Shown here: one piece after another, positions 24,200-35,965 of the stretch
Numbering within the stretch: the first letter of the stretch is position 1
How the letters are laid out: each line of letters opens with the position of its first letter
NCBI GenBank assembly: GCA_002269645.1
Contig: NIVC01001708.1
Location: forward strand, 183,843-247,842
DNA from: Macrostomum lignano
Taxonomy: Eukaryota
Direction of reading: 5' to 3'
Length of the DNA stretch: 64,000 nt
Notes under the pieces: model-generated
What the model was told of the DNA's origin: nothing
What the model saw: the letters and a program-made list of their open reading frames with translations, nothing else
Databases searched by the model: none
Position numbers and translations under genes: made by a program

Positions 24200-25702
24200 G
24201 AATTTATGGGCAACTGACACTATATGCCAAAATTTCAAGAGTATTTCCTAGTGTTTTTTGTTACCTTTTTGTTACTGTGCATTGTTGTATTGAATTTTAT
24301 TGTTACTGTGTGGTATGCTGTTTTCTAAATAAATTGTGGACATTATCCACAAGTCGTGGACATTATCCAGAACTCAAGGACATTATCCAGAAGTGACGCT
24401 AGAACCACAGGCTATTAAGTGAAATCAAAGTTGCGACAGTTTTTACCATAGACAAAACATTATCTAAAAGCACTGACTATAGCGACAATGTAACAGAAAG
24501 AACGGATATTTGGACCCTGTATACCAAAGCTCATAGTCATGATCTACGAATTGGCATCTGGTGAACGAATTGGTGTGGTCTACTATACATTCACAGGGAG
24601 ACGTGGTCGGTGCCTCCTCCGCTGAGATTGGCGAGCGTATTCAGCGCGAGAGTCAATTATGCAGAGCATGTTGGACGATCTGGCTCAATTAGACGTTAAG
24701 AACTCCAGGTGCTTTTACTCAGTCAGGATCTGGATCAGGATTGAGATCTGCTCAATGAGATGGATCGTATGCAATTTGCCAATTAGACAATACGCCGAAG
24801 TATGTTCTAAGTGCAAGAAAATCGGACGCTTCGTAAGCTTTGCGAGTTTCTGTCAAACAAGAGCCACTCCTGCAATCTGGCGACAGCCGAAATTCAAGAT
24901 ATATATCGTCACATCTAGTCATCAATGTATATCAATGTATATTGAATATTTTCTAAATACTTGTTTTAACATACTGTGATTTTTTTAAATCACTACGTGA
25001 GTTTAAAGGTACACGTACACTTCGACGATCATCTTGCAAAATTTTGCAGGTCTGGACTCTGATTTGTAGTAGTTCACGTATTCGGATATGAACTGTCAAA
25101 AGACGAAAAGGACCCAAAGAGAAAGAAGAAATGGGATCCAAAGCAGAAAGAGAGCCGAGTTACTGTCACTGTACACAGTTAGAGGATTTAGAGGCGTCCT
25201 CAAGCGCCGGCACCGGCAAGCGGGCAGGCCGCAGGCAGAGAAATAGATTTTTTTCTATGGGTTATATAAATTATCATGAAATTATGAGATTAAGGTAGGT
25301 CATGTAGATTAAAGTCTATGTATACAGTATACAAATGCAGGCCCCTACTCAAAATTTTCTTGCATTGCGCCTGCCTCAGCTGCCTGCATGCATTCAATTT
25401 AACTCAAATGACAATTGGTCTTTTTAATAACTTTCCTTTATTTTAATTTAGTGTTATACAATTGTCTACTCTTCATTCGTTTAGAGACTAGATGTTTTAA
25501 TTCTATCATATTGCCATAGGCCTGCTGCCGCCACCTGCAATCTAGAAAATAGATTGAGCCACTTGCGTTGCCACTAGAACTATACTAGGCCTATTAGTAT
25601 TTAGTGTCTATTAATTTAATAAGGCCCCTATGTATGACATTAAAATATACATATCTACAGGTACAGATCTAGAAAATTTTGAATGGGGGGCAGATTAATA
25701 AA

Positions 25703-27201
25703 CAATGTTGGGCACCAGTCCATTATTAAATGTTAATCCATTAATAAGAGTTAATAAGCATTAAGATTTTTATTAACAGCAGGCCTAAGTCATTAACAGA
25801 CTGCTATTAGGATTTTTTGCACTAATGGATTACTTACTTACTTACTTACTACTGATAGGGGGTGCAGGCACTGCAAATAGGCTGCAAGGTCCCTATTGCA
25901 ACCTAAGGTAAAAGAGTTTAAGGATTAACCTTCCCTTGGGAGTATGCTAGCCCCCGCCAGTAGATGGCAGGTTTGCAATAGAGGCATCGGCAACTCTCAT
26001 CCAGCTGGAGTCCTAGACAAAGGCACGAAGGTCATGGATAGGGCCTATTGTCCAGGGTGGTTGTCAGCTTGTCCATCCGCTGAGGATGGCTGAGGTATTT
26101 ATGCCACGCCTTATTAAAGTAAGAGCAAGTAACATGATGCTCCACAGTTTCCAGTCTCCTCTCTTATGCCACAAAAAAGACAGGTAGGAGGGCAATTGGT
26201 TTGCAACAAGATGTCTTTAGAAGAAACCATGGCCAGTTAGGACTATGCATATCTCCCTAAGGTTGGTTTTGTTAAATTAGATATTTAGAGACTTTCTTGT
26301 TTAAGTTAGACCCTAGGCATAGCAGAGCCGGTTTGCTTGGAGTTGGTATAGCTGTTCTAGTAAAGCTGGTGTTGCTGGCTGGTGGAGCCACTTGTTGATA
26401 TGGCAGGTGACTTGCAACCTAGGAATGGGTAACCTTATTAGATGGTGGTTGCCATCTAGTTGTGCCTTCTTTGGAAAAAAGTCTGCGAGCTTGTTGTCTA
26501 GGATGGTACTGTGACTGGGTGTCTAGACAATTCTAATCCTATTAAAGACTGCACTAATGGATTAACAAATTTGCATTAATAATTTTGTAAGTTAACAACA
26601 AACTCATCATCAATGTTAATGGCAATTTCAATGACCAAAGATGCAAAGAAAGAATAAAAATATGTCTTATAAAAAGTTATAACATTACTTGCACATGAGC
26701 ATGGATCACTTTGATTTACTTCTTTCCAAATCTTTTGTAACTTTCTGCTGTGCTTGTTAATACTGAAACAACCTTTGTATTTGTTGTAAATTGTAATAAT
26801 AAAGTAATAATCTATTTTATTATTAACTAATTAGCTTTTAAATTTCAAATAAACAAGTTATTTCGTTTACTATATGCTTACTTTTAGTAGTATTATGCAT
26901 ACACATTTAAAAATTATTATTTATTAATTTTTTAGTTTGTAAATCTCTTAGATGACCTTTGTGTTTGCCTAAAAAGGTGGAAAAGCAAAGACAATATATT
27001 ATAAAAGTCTGTTTGAAAAAAGTGCAAGATTTCTATATTTTTTATGTTAACTTTAATGGATTAATGCTTGTTAACAATTATCAGTTGACTTTAAGTTAAC
27101 TTAATGGAATTTAGAGTTAATAAGTTGAGATTTTTTGCTTTAATGCTTACACTTTTGCCATTAACAGAAGTTAAGATTTTCATTATTAGTGTTCAACACT
27201 G
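25703..27201. mobile_element. Old non-autonomous hAT-type element
   Basis: Ends CAATGTTGGGCAC / GTGTTCAACACTG; 8-bp TSD TTAATAAA (25695-25702, 27202-27209); TTAA-rich subterminal repeats. Confidence 0.75.
25833..26549 (-). mobile_element. 5'-truncated LOA/R1-like LINE 3' fragment nested in the hAT element
   Basis: 15-bp TSD TGCACTAATGGATTA (25818-25832, 26550-26564); (TAAG)n tail; decayed LTGHGFF.RHL and CxxC...H...C remnants. Confidence 0.8.
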
Positions 27202-27794
27202 TTAATAAAATATATGCACATGTATATTATTATGCATGTATATATACACAATGTTTTTTTTTCTATATAAAAATACAAAAATTATAACTCAATGGATAAT
27301 AAAAGGCTTAGGGCCAAATTCAGTCACTTTGTATATTACCAACTTATCAACTTGCAGACAAGTTGGCTTTATCTGAAAAGTAGAAAAGAGGAGTCAGTAT
27401 AATCTAATATTAATAAAATTTAAGTTGCATTTAATATTATCAAAATAAGCCCATTTTTTATAAACCAATAAAATTTTGTCTAGGTCACTTTGATTAATAC
27501 ATATATAACATAGTAATGGAGTAGAGAATATTTTTCTCAAGGTAGCACATTAAATTAAAGAAAGAATAAAAACCTGATAATGATAATAGTATATTGTGAT
27601 TTATTTAATTTCTTAATCTTAGCACTAAATGTTGGATTTTTCTTTCTTTAGATTATATTCTTTATTTGGATCAGCAAGTAGGTTAGATAAGCAATTTTTT
27701 TCCCTTTACTTATGTATAAATAAATATACTTATGTGTATTTTGTTTATAATACAACCTTAAAGTTGTTTCTATGCCATACATGTGCAACCTCCA

Positions 27795-28090
27795 AAATTT
27801 GGTTGGCCATGCAACTTGTTTTAACAAAAATGTAATGTAGTTTTTGGCCAAGAATGCGACTTACATGTAAAAGAAACCCTAAAGCAAAATTAATGCAACT
27901 TTGGATAAATGGCAGGAGTAACTATGACAAAACAACTAAGACAATTTTGTCTTATTAAGGCAAAATGCCTTGTCATGTACTTAGTACTACTTGGGATATT
28001 TATTTGGGTGGGCATTTTTGCAACTTACCTTGGTTGGCTATCAAATTGGTCAGCCGGATTGGCTGACTTGGCTAACTGTTGCACATGTAT
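27795..28090 (+). repeat. Interspersed repeat, copy 2 (homologous to 4316-4590)
   Basis: Colinear similarity by eye over about 290 bp. Confidence 0.9.
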
Positions 28091-28498
28091 ATTCTATGCT
28101 ATGGTATAAGTAGGTTTTTACATGTATATAAATTGAAAAAAATGAAAATAGGCTTAATTTATTGCATTGGCATTGGGCTCTGGCAAATTACTAATTGAGA
28201 CTAAGGTTATTATTCAAAGTTAGGATGCTTATTATTAATTAATTTTTTTTGTTTAATTTTTGTTTAATTTTTAATTAGATAGTTTAAGTTTTAGGTATAT
28301 CACACAATGTTGGCAATTTTTTTTCAATATTGTAGTATTTTTATACCACATTGCCACCATTTCTCTCTATCTATACTTATATTTTCTACACTACACTGGG
28401 GTTTCTGTAAAGCCAATTTTTGTTATATATACATTTTTAAGCAATTTATGAAGATGGCAAAGCTATTAAGAGCTAAATTAACTAGTTGATAAATTATA

Positions 28499-28777
28499 AA
28501 AGGTGTCCCAAAAGGTTGAATTCTAATACAAAACTGTGCAAAACTTGTTACAACTTTTTAAATCAATCAAAATAAGAAATACACTTCTTATTTATGGCAT
28601 TTGCCCATTCTTGCAATGGCAATTTCAGCCAGTTTTAAATGCTGTTGCTCATGAATAAAAGCACCAATCAAAATCAAAATTGCAGGAAACAAAACTTTTA
28701 TTATTGACTATTAACATATGCACTTGCTAGGAAATAGGAGCAGACAGTTAAAAAAATCAACCTTTTTGGGACACCTT
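28499..28777. mobile_element. MITE with about 21-bp TIRs (Tc1/mariner-like GGTGTCCCAAAA)
   Basis: AAGGTGTCCCAAAAGGTTGA at the left and TCAACCTTTTTGGGACACCTT at the right; TA TSD not clean. Confidence 0.7.
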
Positions 28778-29929
28778 CTGGCCTCTATTATATTACTCTC
28801 AATCTTATTATATATTCAAGCTAATTTACTAGTTTAATTACCTCAAATAATAAAAGGTTGCTTACAATAGCAAAGTAGGACTATAAATAATTTTATAGAT
28901 TTTATTTTTAATGATTAAAAATAAATAAGCACTTGATTTTTGGTCTTAGTCTATTGTGACAATTAAATTACATTTTGATATGTAACTTAGCTCATAATAC
29001 CATATGCTTGTCTATGTTGATTAATATTTTATTGGTATTAATAAAGTAATTAAAAGGCATATTCAACATTCAGATAAAGCTCTAATATAACCATAGCTTT
29101 TTTATTAAAAAATGAACACTATAGACCATTATAATGCATTATATTTATAAATCCTAAATTTATAAAGCTAAATACAATATTTATACATCTTAACAATGAC
29201 AATTGTGATATGGTTATGCTTATTAGTTTTTTTTATTAAGCTAGCAATTGCTTCATTTTGTATAAAGTTACTTATGCTAGCAAATCCTTTATAGGTATAG
29301 TTTTTAGTTAAACCTAAATATTTATGAGAGGTAGTATTTATATATAGGCCCATTATTATTTAGGCATTAGTTTTAACTTTTTTTATTTTGTCTTGTCCTT
29401 TTTTTTACCTTAATTGCAAAACTTTGTTGATTTCTGCACTTTTTTGTTTTTTTAGCTTAAATTTTTAGTATAGTCTTGGAAAGTTAAAATGAATCTTCTT
29501 TCACAAAACATGAAAACTTTAAGTTTATATATTTTGCTCCATTGACAGCATATGTATTAAAGTTGGACTTAGTTGGTTATAGCTAAGATTAGCTATCTTG
29601 CCCCCATTGGGGAAACAACAAAGGAAGGATTTTTTAAATAAACTATATATAGGTTTTAACCTTGTAAAGTCACTTAAATTTTTAAGAAAAAATATATGTA
29701 AAGCAAAATGCATCTGTCCTGAAAGCCAGGTATCTGAAATCCAAAGATATCAGACCCCCTATGAGATTTGGCTCAAAGCATCTGAGTGACTCTCCATGAG
29801 CTACAGTATTTTAGCAATGCCCCCTGCCTTGACATCTCAGCAACTCTTCATAAGCAACATCTCCTAAGCCTTGATGACTCAGCAATCCTTCATGAGCATC
29901 TTAGCGATTCAATGAGTCTTATAGTTGAC

Positions 29930-30420
29930 ATGCGATTCTTTTATGTCTGACATGGCGATTCTTTTATGTCTGACATGGCGATTCTTTGATGGCTTGACAT
30001 GGCGATTCTTTAATAACTTGACATGGCCGATTCTTTAATGGCTTGACATGGCAATTCTTTAGTGGCTTGATATTCCGAGTCTTTAATGGCTTGACATGGC
30101 GATTCTTTAGCACTTGGCTTAACATGGCGATTCTTTAATGGCTTGACATAGCGATTCTTTAGTGGCTTGACATGGCGATTCTTTAATGGCTTGACATGAT
30201 CGATTCTTTAATGGCTTGACATGGTCGATTCTTTAATGGCTTGACATGGCGATTCTTTAATGGCTTGGCATGGCAATTCTTTAATGGCTTGACATGGCGA
30301 TTCTTTAATGGCTTGACATGGTGATTCTTTAATGGCTTGACATGGCGATTCTTTAATGGCTTGGCATGGCGATTCTTTAATGGCTTGGCATGGCGATTCT
30401 TTAGTGGCTTGGCATGGCGA
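29930..30420. repeat. 24-bp minisatellite GGCGATTCTTTAATGGCTTGACAT
   Basis: Directly visible. Confidence 0.96.
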
Positions 30421-32510
30421 TAAAACAGGTATTTACTTTTGAGATTTTAAGCCAGCAGTTTAACAGTAGAATATTCGCAGAAATAGATGCACAGTTTGCA
30501 GCAACTTTCAAGTGTTTGCAGCCAGTTGTCACCAATATAACAATATAACAAGCGCACAGGTACTGCAACAGCTGCCATCTCGATTCCTCCCTCACCATTC
30601 AGCGTAGGGTTCGCAGCAGACACTTGGGTGTCTTGCTGGCGACTGGCAAATTAGATAAGTTCGAGTATTAGGTACATAGTTTCTTCGTTGCTGTACACCG
30701 CGGCCTCCAACAGTCGTCATCCATTTTTTTCATCCTGACTGCGCAATTCTTTTAGTTAGTCGGTAAATGCGAGACTATGGGCCTTTGCAGCGTCTTTGGC
30801 TGGGTAGGGTAGATTAGGCTCTAGAAGCTGAAGGTAAGGCAGCTGGTGTTCACCATTATAGATCGCAACAGATTCTATTGGCTTGGCTTAGGAGTTCTCC
30901 CCCTCCCGTCTCTCCCGTTCGCCGAACTTTCCATCCTTGGTTTTCTTACCGCTAGCTATCCAGCGGCGGAGGCAAAATGTTAAATATTCTAAGGCGGCAG
31001 CGCTATATTTGATCTGCCGTTCCCTTGCTGCGCGCGCTAGCATCTAATTTCAATATCCCATTTGCCCCTGGAGAGGTGTTGAATTTCGATACTTTCTTTA
31101 CGACTTCCCCTTTTCCCAAAGGTCTTATAATCTTCTATATAGCTCTAAATAAAGAGGAGATGCTGGCCCCAGTGTCCGGTGGACAGAGACGCAGCAGTCT
31201 GCGACCGAGCGGCAGTCGCAGGAATTTGGCCTTGGCAGCTAATAACGGATTTTTAGCGGAAGATTCCTCCGCTATGGTGAGAGCCTGTCTCCTGTCTCTT
31301 GTCTTGTGCTCTCATTTGCATTTGCATATTCATGCTTGTCAGCTGTTTGAGTGGGTATAGTCCCCGGGCTTGAATCCGCACGCGGCCACAACCTCTCACC
31401 CCGATTCGCTGCGTGTAGTGTACATGTACATGCTTGTCGATGAGAAAGTAGGTGCCGCTGTACACCCTTGTGTGACTGCGTACGTATCAGTGTGCTTGTT
31501 CAGCTCAGGGGTCAGCGAAACGGACTGAGTTCAGCTGTCTGATGACAGACATTCCTGTTTTCAGTAACTTTGATTGATAGTAAAACCTTCAATATTATCG
31601 TAGGCAGTTCTTAAACGTAATGGTTATTATAACTGAAATATTAATTTACCTAAATGTAGATTAATACCATCAAAATACAAATAATCCTTGTGCCTTGTAG
31701 AGGAATTAGGTGTTTTCATTTTTGTAAATTCGTAGAAATTATGTGCAATTTTTTATTTGTATACGCAATTCCCCTACTTAGTGTAAGTAGTATGATCTAT
31801 AGTTTAGCTTTTTATCTCTCACTTATTTGCTAGTTTTGGGTGGGGTGCGAGCGTAAATTTTTATAAATTTAATTGATGAATTTTGAAGGATGTAATCCTG
31901 AACTATCTTAAACTGTATTAACTTGTTTTTCGCAAAAAAGTTATGGCCACTTTTGATTTATAGCTTTATTGTTGCTCACCTTACGAAAATTAGGTTTTCA
32001 TTAAATTGAAGACCATTCGTAGCGGGTATAAATAGCTGTGTAGGCCCTTAGATCAGTGTAGGTGGTTGCGGCTAAGCATCGGGGTCACTCAACGGGCTCT
32101 TCTGTAGCCCCTGTATAATTACCCTGGGACAAACTCCCCGGACCAACTCTGTCAGAGAGTGAATCTGCTAAGTCAGGCGGCCTCAATTAGGCGCCTTGCT
32201 TCTGTAATGGAAGTTTAACGGCGCCGATTGGGCAATGTCAATTGGCTTCTAGCCGACAGTTATCTTGGCGAAATCTCAATGGGGGTCAATGCGCTGCCTA
32301 CACTTTTTGTGATATAGATGTTGAGTAAACAAAAAAGTCTTACAGAATAGCCTTGATTGAAAGTATATATGAATGATGCAAACAACTGATATTTCCAGCC
32401 TCCAACTGCCACCTGTGATTCAATCTGCCGGCTTGGCAACGCAACCAGCCGCCTGTAATTCTTTTTGAGTTATTTATTAATTCTGTAAGGCTTTTTGTAA
32501 TTACAAAACA

Positions 32511-34184
32511 ATGCCGAATCCAACCAAACGGACAAAGCCGGCAAAGATCTCCGTTGCGAAACGCTTGCGTCACGCTGCGGCAGCCGCTGCGCCCGGCATC
32601 AACGGCAAGTCTCAACAGGCGTCGAAAAAGCAGAAGAAGCGACCCGAAAAGGTCAAAGCTGAAGAGGAAATCACCAGCGAATCGGAAGTTGACGAACCCG
32701 TCAATGTCGCCGCCGCCGCCGCCGCCGACTTGGACAGCGCCGCTATGAACGACGACGACAACGCGCTGGAGACGCCGCAGGAGGCCCGGGTGCGCCTGGC
32801 CCAGCAGCTCATCGGCGAGTTAAAAGCACGCGAAGCCGAACGACTTGGCTATGGCGACGAGGATGAAGATGATGATGACGAAGACGAGGAGGCTCACGTG
32901 ACCGGCGCGGTCAGCGCCCGGCTGCAGTCGGCGAATCTCCGACGGGCCGGCCGCCTGCGCGCCAGCTTCGCCGATGCCATCGTCGCCGAGGGAGCCGCCG
33001 TTGCCGCCGACGCCGCTAGCGGCAGCGTCAGTCTGGCAAAGAACTGGCACCGCCTGGCTGTCACCTGCGTGCAGCTCGGCGACAATTCTCTGTACACTGC
33101 CAGCAAGGACGGCTCCGTGGCGCGCTGGTCTCTGCAAGCTGTGCTGATCAAAGACGGCGACAGCGAACGTCGGCATCTTCGCCGAGTAGCCCACGTGCCC
33201 GGCGGCCTCCGGCAGCGTTGCCGGCATTCCTCAAAGTCCAAGCCGAAGGCCAAGACTGAGCAGCAGCTGGCGGAGGCGGACGGCGCCGTTCTGCACCGCG
33301 GCCACGTGCTGTGCATGGCGCTGAGCTCCGATCAGACCCGGTTGGCCACCGGCGATGCCGACGGCCTCGTGCTGGTGTGGCAGGCCGACAGCCTGCAGCT
33401 GGTGCACCAGTTCCGCGGTCACCGGGCGGCCGTCAACGCATTGGCATTTCGTAGGCGGGCGCCTGGATCCGGCAGCGGCGGCGGGCTGCATCTGTTCAGC
33501 GGCTCGCACGACAAGACGGTGCGGCACTGGGGCCTGGGCGGAGCGCCAGACTGCGGCCTGGGCTTCATTGAGGCCCTGTTCGGTCACAGCGCCCCCGTAC
33601 TGGGACTGGATGCCATGCGCCTGGACCGCTGCATCAGCTGCGGCGGCCCGGACAAGTCTCTGCGACTATGGAAATTGGCCGAAGAGTCTCAACTAGTGTT
33701 CGAATTGCCGCCCGGCGGCGGGCCGAATAGCTGCGAATGCGTTGCCATGGTTACGGAGCAGGTATTCGCCAGCGGTCAAGGCGACGGCAGCCTGTGCCTG
33801 TGGTCGATGCAGAAGAAGCGGCCAGTGGCCAAGGTGGCGGCGGCGCACGGCCCGGACCGCTGGGTGACGGCTCTGGCCGCCGTGAAGAATGCGGATCTGC
33901 TGGCCAGCGGCTCCTGGGACGGATTGGTGCGCCTTTGGCGCGTGGCCGCCCAGCCCGGGTCCTCTGGCATGACGCTGAGCCGGCTGCTCGAACTGCCGGC
34001 TGCCGGCTTTGTCAATCAGCTGGCTTTCTGGCCAGCCTCAGCAGATGAGGAGCCTGATGATGATGGAGGCGGCGAACTGAGGCTGGCGGCTGGCCTCGGC
34101 CAGGAGCACAAGTGGGGCCGCTGGCTGGTGGACAAGTCGGCGCGAAATTTGGCGCTAGTCTGGCGCCTGGCGCTACCCAACTAA
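32511..34184 (+). CDS. RRP9: U3 snoRNA-interacting WD40 protein (U3-55K/Rrp9), intronless, 557 aa
   Basis: Acidic N-terminus with ETPQEARVRLAQQL; WD40 repeats with FRGHRAAV, LFGHS..VLGLDA, LRLWKLAEESQLVF and GQEHKWGRW, typical of Rrp9. Confidence 0.93.
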   Translation: MPNPTKRTKPAKISVAKRLRHAAAAAAPGINGKSQQASKKQKKRPEKVKAEEEITSESEVDEPVNVAAAAAADLDSAAMNDDDNALETPQEARVRLAQQLIGELKAREAERLGYGDEDEDDDDEDEEAHVTGAVSARLQSANLRRAGRLRASFADAIVAEGAAVAADAASGSVSLAKNWHRLAVTCVQLGDNSLYTASKDGSVARWSLQAVLIKDGDSERRHLRRVAHVPGGLRQRCRHSSKSKPKAKTEQQLAEADGAVLHRGHVLCMALSSDQTRLATGDADGLVLVWQADSLQLVHQFRGHRAAVNALAFRRRAPGSGSGGGLHLFSGSHDKTVRHWGLGGAPDCGLGFIEALFGHSAPVLGLDAMRLDRCISCGGPDKSLRLWKLAEESQLVFELPPGGGPNSCECVAMVTEQVFASGQGDGSLCLWSMQKKRPVAKVAAAHGPDRWVTALAAVKNADLLASGSWDGLVRLWRVAAQPGSSGMTLSRLLELPAAGFVNQLAFWPASADEEPDDDGGGELRLAAGLGQEHKWGRWLVDKSARNLALVWRLALPN

Positions 34185-34277
34185 CTTCCGACTGTAGGCA
34201 TTTTTTGTTGTCATTTTTTCGTCGGCGATCCTAGCCATTGCGTTTCTTCTATTGCGAAATCATTGAAGTCTGATGAT

Positions 34278-34283
34278 AATAAA
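34278..34283 (+). terminator. Candidate polyadenylation signal of RRP9
   Basis: AATAAA about 94 nt after the stop codon. Confidence 0.5.
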
Positions 34284-34593
34284 ACTGAAGTTGTTTCAAA
34301 AAATTACAACCAATTCGGCTTATTTGATTAAGGAAATTGAGCGAAAAATGAAATTATACTGTTCAAACGATGCACTTTAATTGCTACTTAATTTTGGCGT
34401 GCTCAGTAGCCAGTAGAGTAACAAGCATCTTCTCTGTACATATGGGTTTGTGCTGACCTATATTAGACCGGCAAAGCCGACTCGTTCGCAGATTGGACAG
34501 CTTTATGATTTCATTTTCGCCTCCAGGTGTAGCATAAATATACAACCGTCTCCCTTCTCGGGAGGGAAGGGATCGACACAAAAAAGGAAAATA

Positions 34594-34674
34594 ATGGACG
34601 CCCGTCGTATGACGGTGTTCGACATCACGCGCGGCATGGACGAGTTCAAGCAGGCGTTCGAGGACAGATACGCG
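34594..34674 (+). CDS. Probable first coding exon of the F-box/LRR gene (MDARRMTVFDITRGMDEFKQAFEDRYA)
   Basis: A-rich ATG context, GC3-rich codons, ends at a GTAGGC donor. A further candidate exon (ARQFDLVKNNLEPHHEYEAY, about 35331-35390) could not be phased unambiguously. Confidence 0.55.
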
Positions 34675-35629
34675 GTAGGCTAGCGTTCACACAGTTTTAG
34701 TACACAGTGTACTTAAGTAATGATAAATCAAAAATCTATCCAGCTCGATAAAATATTAGCAACTCTGCTTTCGAAGACAAACGCATCGCTGTCCTGTACC
34801 GGGTACTGTATGGCCGCTCGTGTGCTGCGCATGCATGCTCGGATGACAGCTGATGGAGAAGCGGCATCTAATTTGGTTTGCCTGCTAGCGCTGCAAGATA
34901 GAAAATAGCGGCTGTCTTTGCTGCTGCTGCTACTTTGGCGCTTGTCGACCTTTGAAAATAGGAAAGCTCTTTCTCCCGTTAGTGCCGGCTAGGAGAATTG
35001 TCGGCAAAGTGTTCCATCATGGCCATTCAGGAGGCTCCAGTCATAACTAACTTTACTGTAAATATATTGTATGCGCAAGTCTGGCCCACTGAGTCACTAT
35101 AGCTGCATTCCAGAGATCCAGCTTCTTGATGAGGGGCGGGCCAGTTTCGCCCCCGCATTTGGGGGTGGAGAAACTAATTGTAGCCTATATAGGATATATT
35201 GGGGATTTCCAATGCCGTCCTATACAGTTAGGGAGGAGGCGAGATGGAAACTACAAGATATCGCTCCTTGAACTGGTCCTTGTTCTCTCTCTCCCTCTCG
35301 TCTCCCCCTTCCCACTCCTGCCTTCGATCAGCTCGCCAATTCGATCTCGTCAAGAATAACCTAGAGCCTCATCATGAGTATGAGGCTTATCGTATTACTG
35401 TTATATTATTACTTACTATATTACATGTTAATGTGCGCAATCGTAGTTAGAATTGAGTTCCAGAAATTTTCTGAAAAGATTCAAATTAGGATTTATATAT
35501 GTATATCGAACTTGTTCGTGCGCGAGGTTGTTTGAAAGCAAAAATTATGATATTATGTATGATTAATATGCTTGGTACAGTGGCTGAACTCGTGCACCTG
35601 AGTGCATATAATATAAGTGGCCAGTGAAA

Positions 35630-35965
35630 TGCAGTCACTCCCTGACAAGCTACTTCCGTTCTACCCCCTACCCCTGACAAGCTACTTCCGTTCTACCCAG
35701 TCTCCCGGACAAGCTACTTCCGTTCTACCCTCTCTCCCTGACAAGCTACTTCCGTTCTACCCAGTCTCCCTGACAAGCTACTTCCGTTCTACCCCGTCTC
35801 CCTGACAAGCTACTTCCGTTCTACCCCGTCTCCCTGACAAGCTACTTCCGTTCTACCCCGTCTCCCTGACAAGCTACTTCCGTTCTACCCCGTCTCCCGG
35901 ACAAGCTACTTCCGTTCTACCCAGTCTCCCTGACAAAGCTACTTCCGTTTTACCCCGTTACCATG
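35630..35965. repeat. About 32-bp minisatellite CTGACAAGCTACTTCCGTTCTACCCCGTCTCC
   Basis: Directly visible. Confidence 0.93.

Noticed and set aside
24659-24979. CSKCKKIG as a gag zinc knuckle of an LTR element
   Set aside because: His and final Cys spacing are wrong; no LTRs, PBS or pol remnants are recognisable.
32020-32200. TATA box followed by a structured ncRNA upstream of RRP9
   Set aside because: No match to U snRNA, U3, SRP, tRNA or SL RNA motifs that I can recognise.
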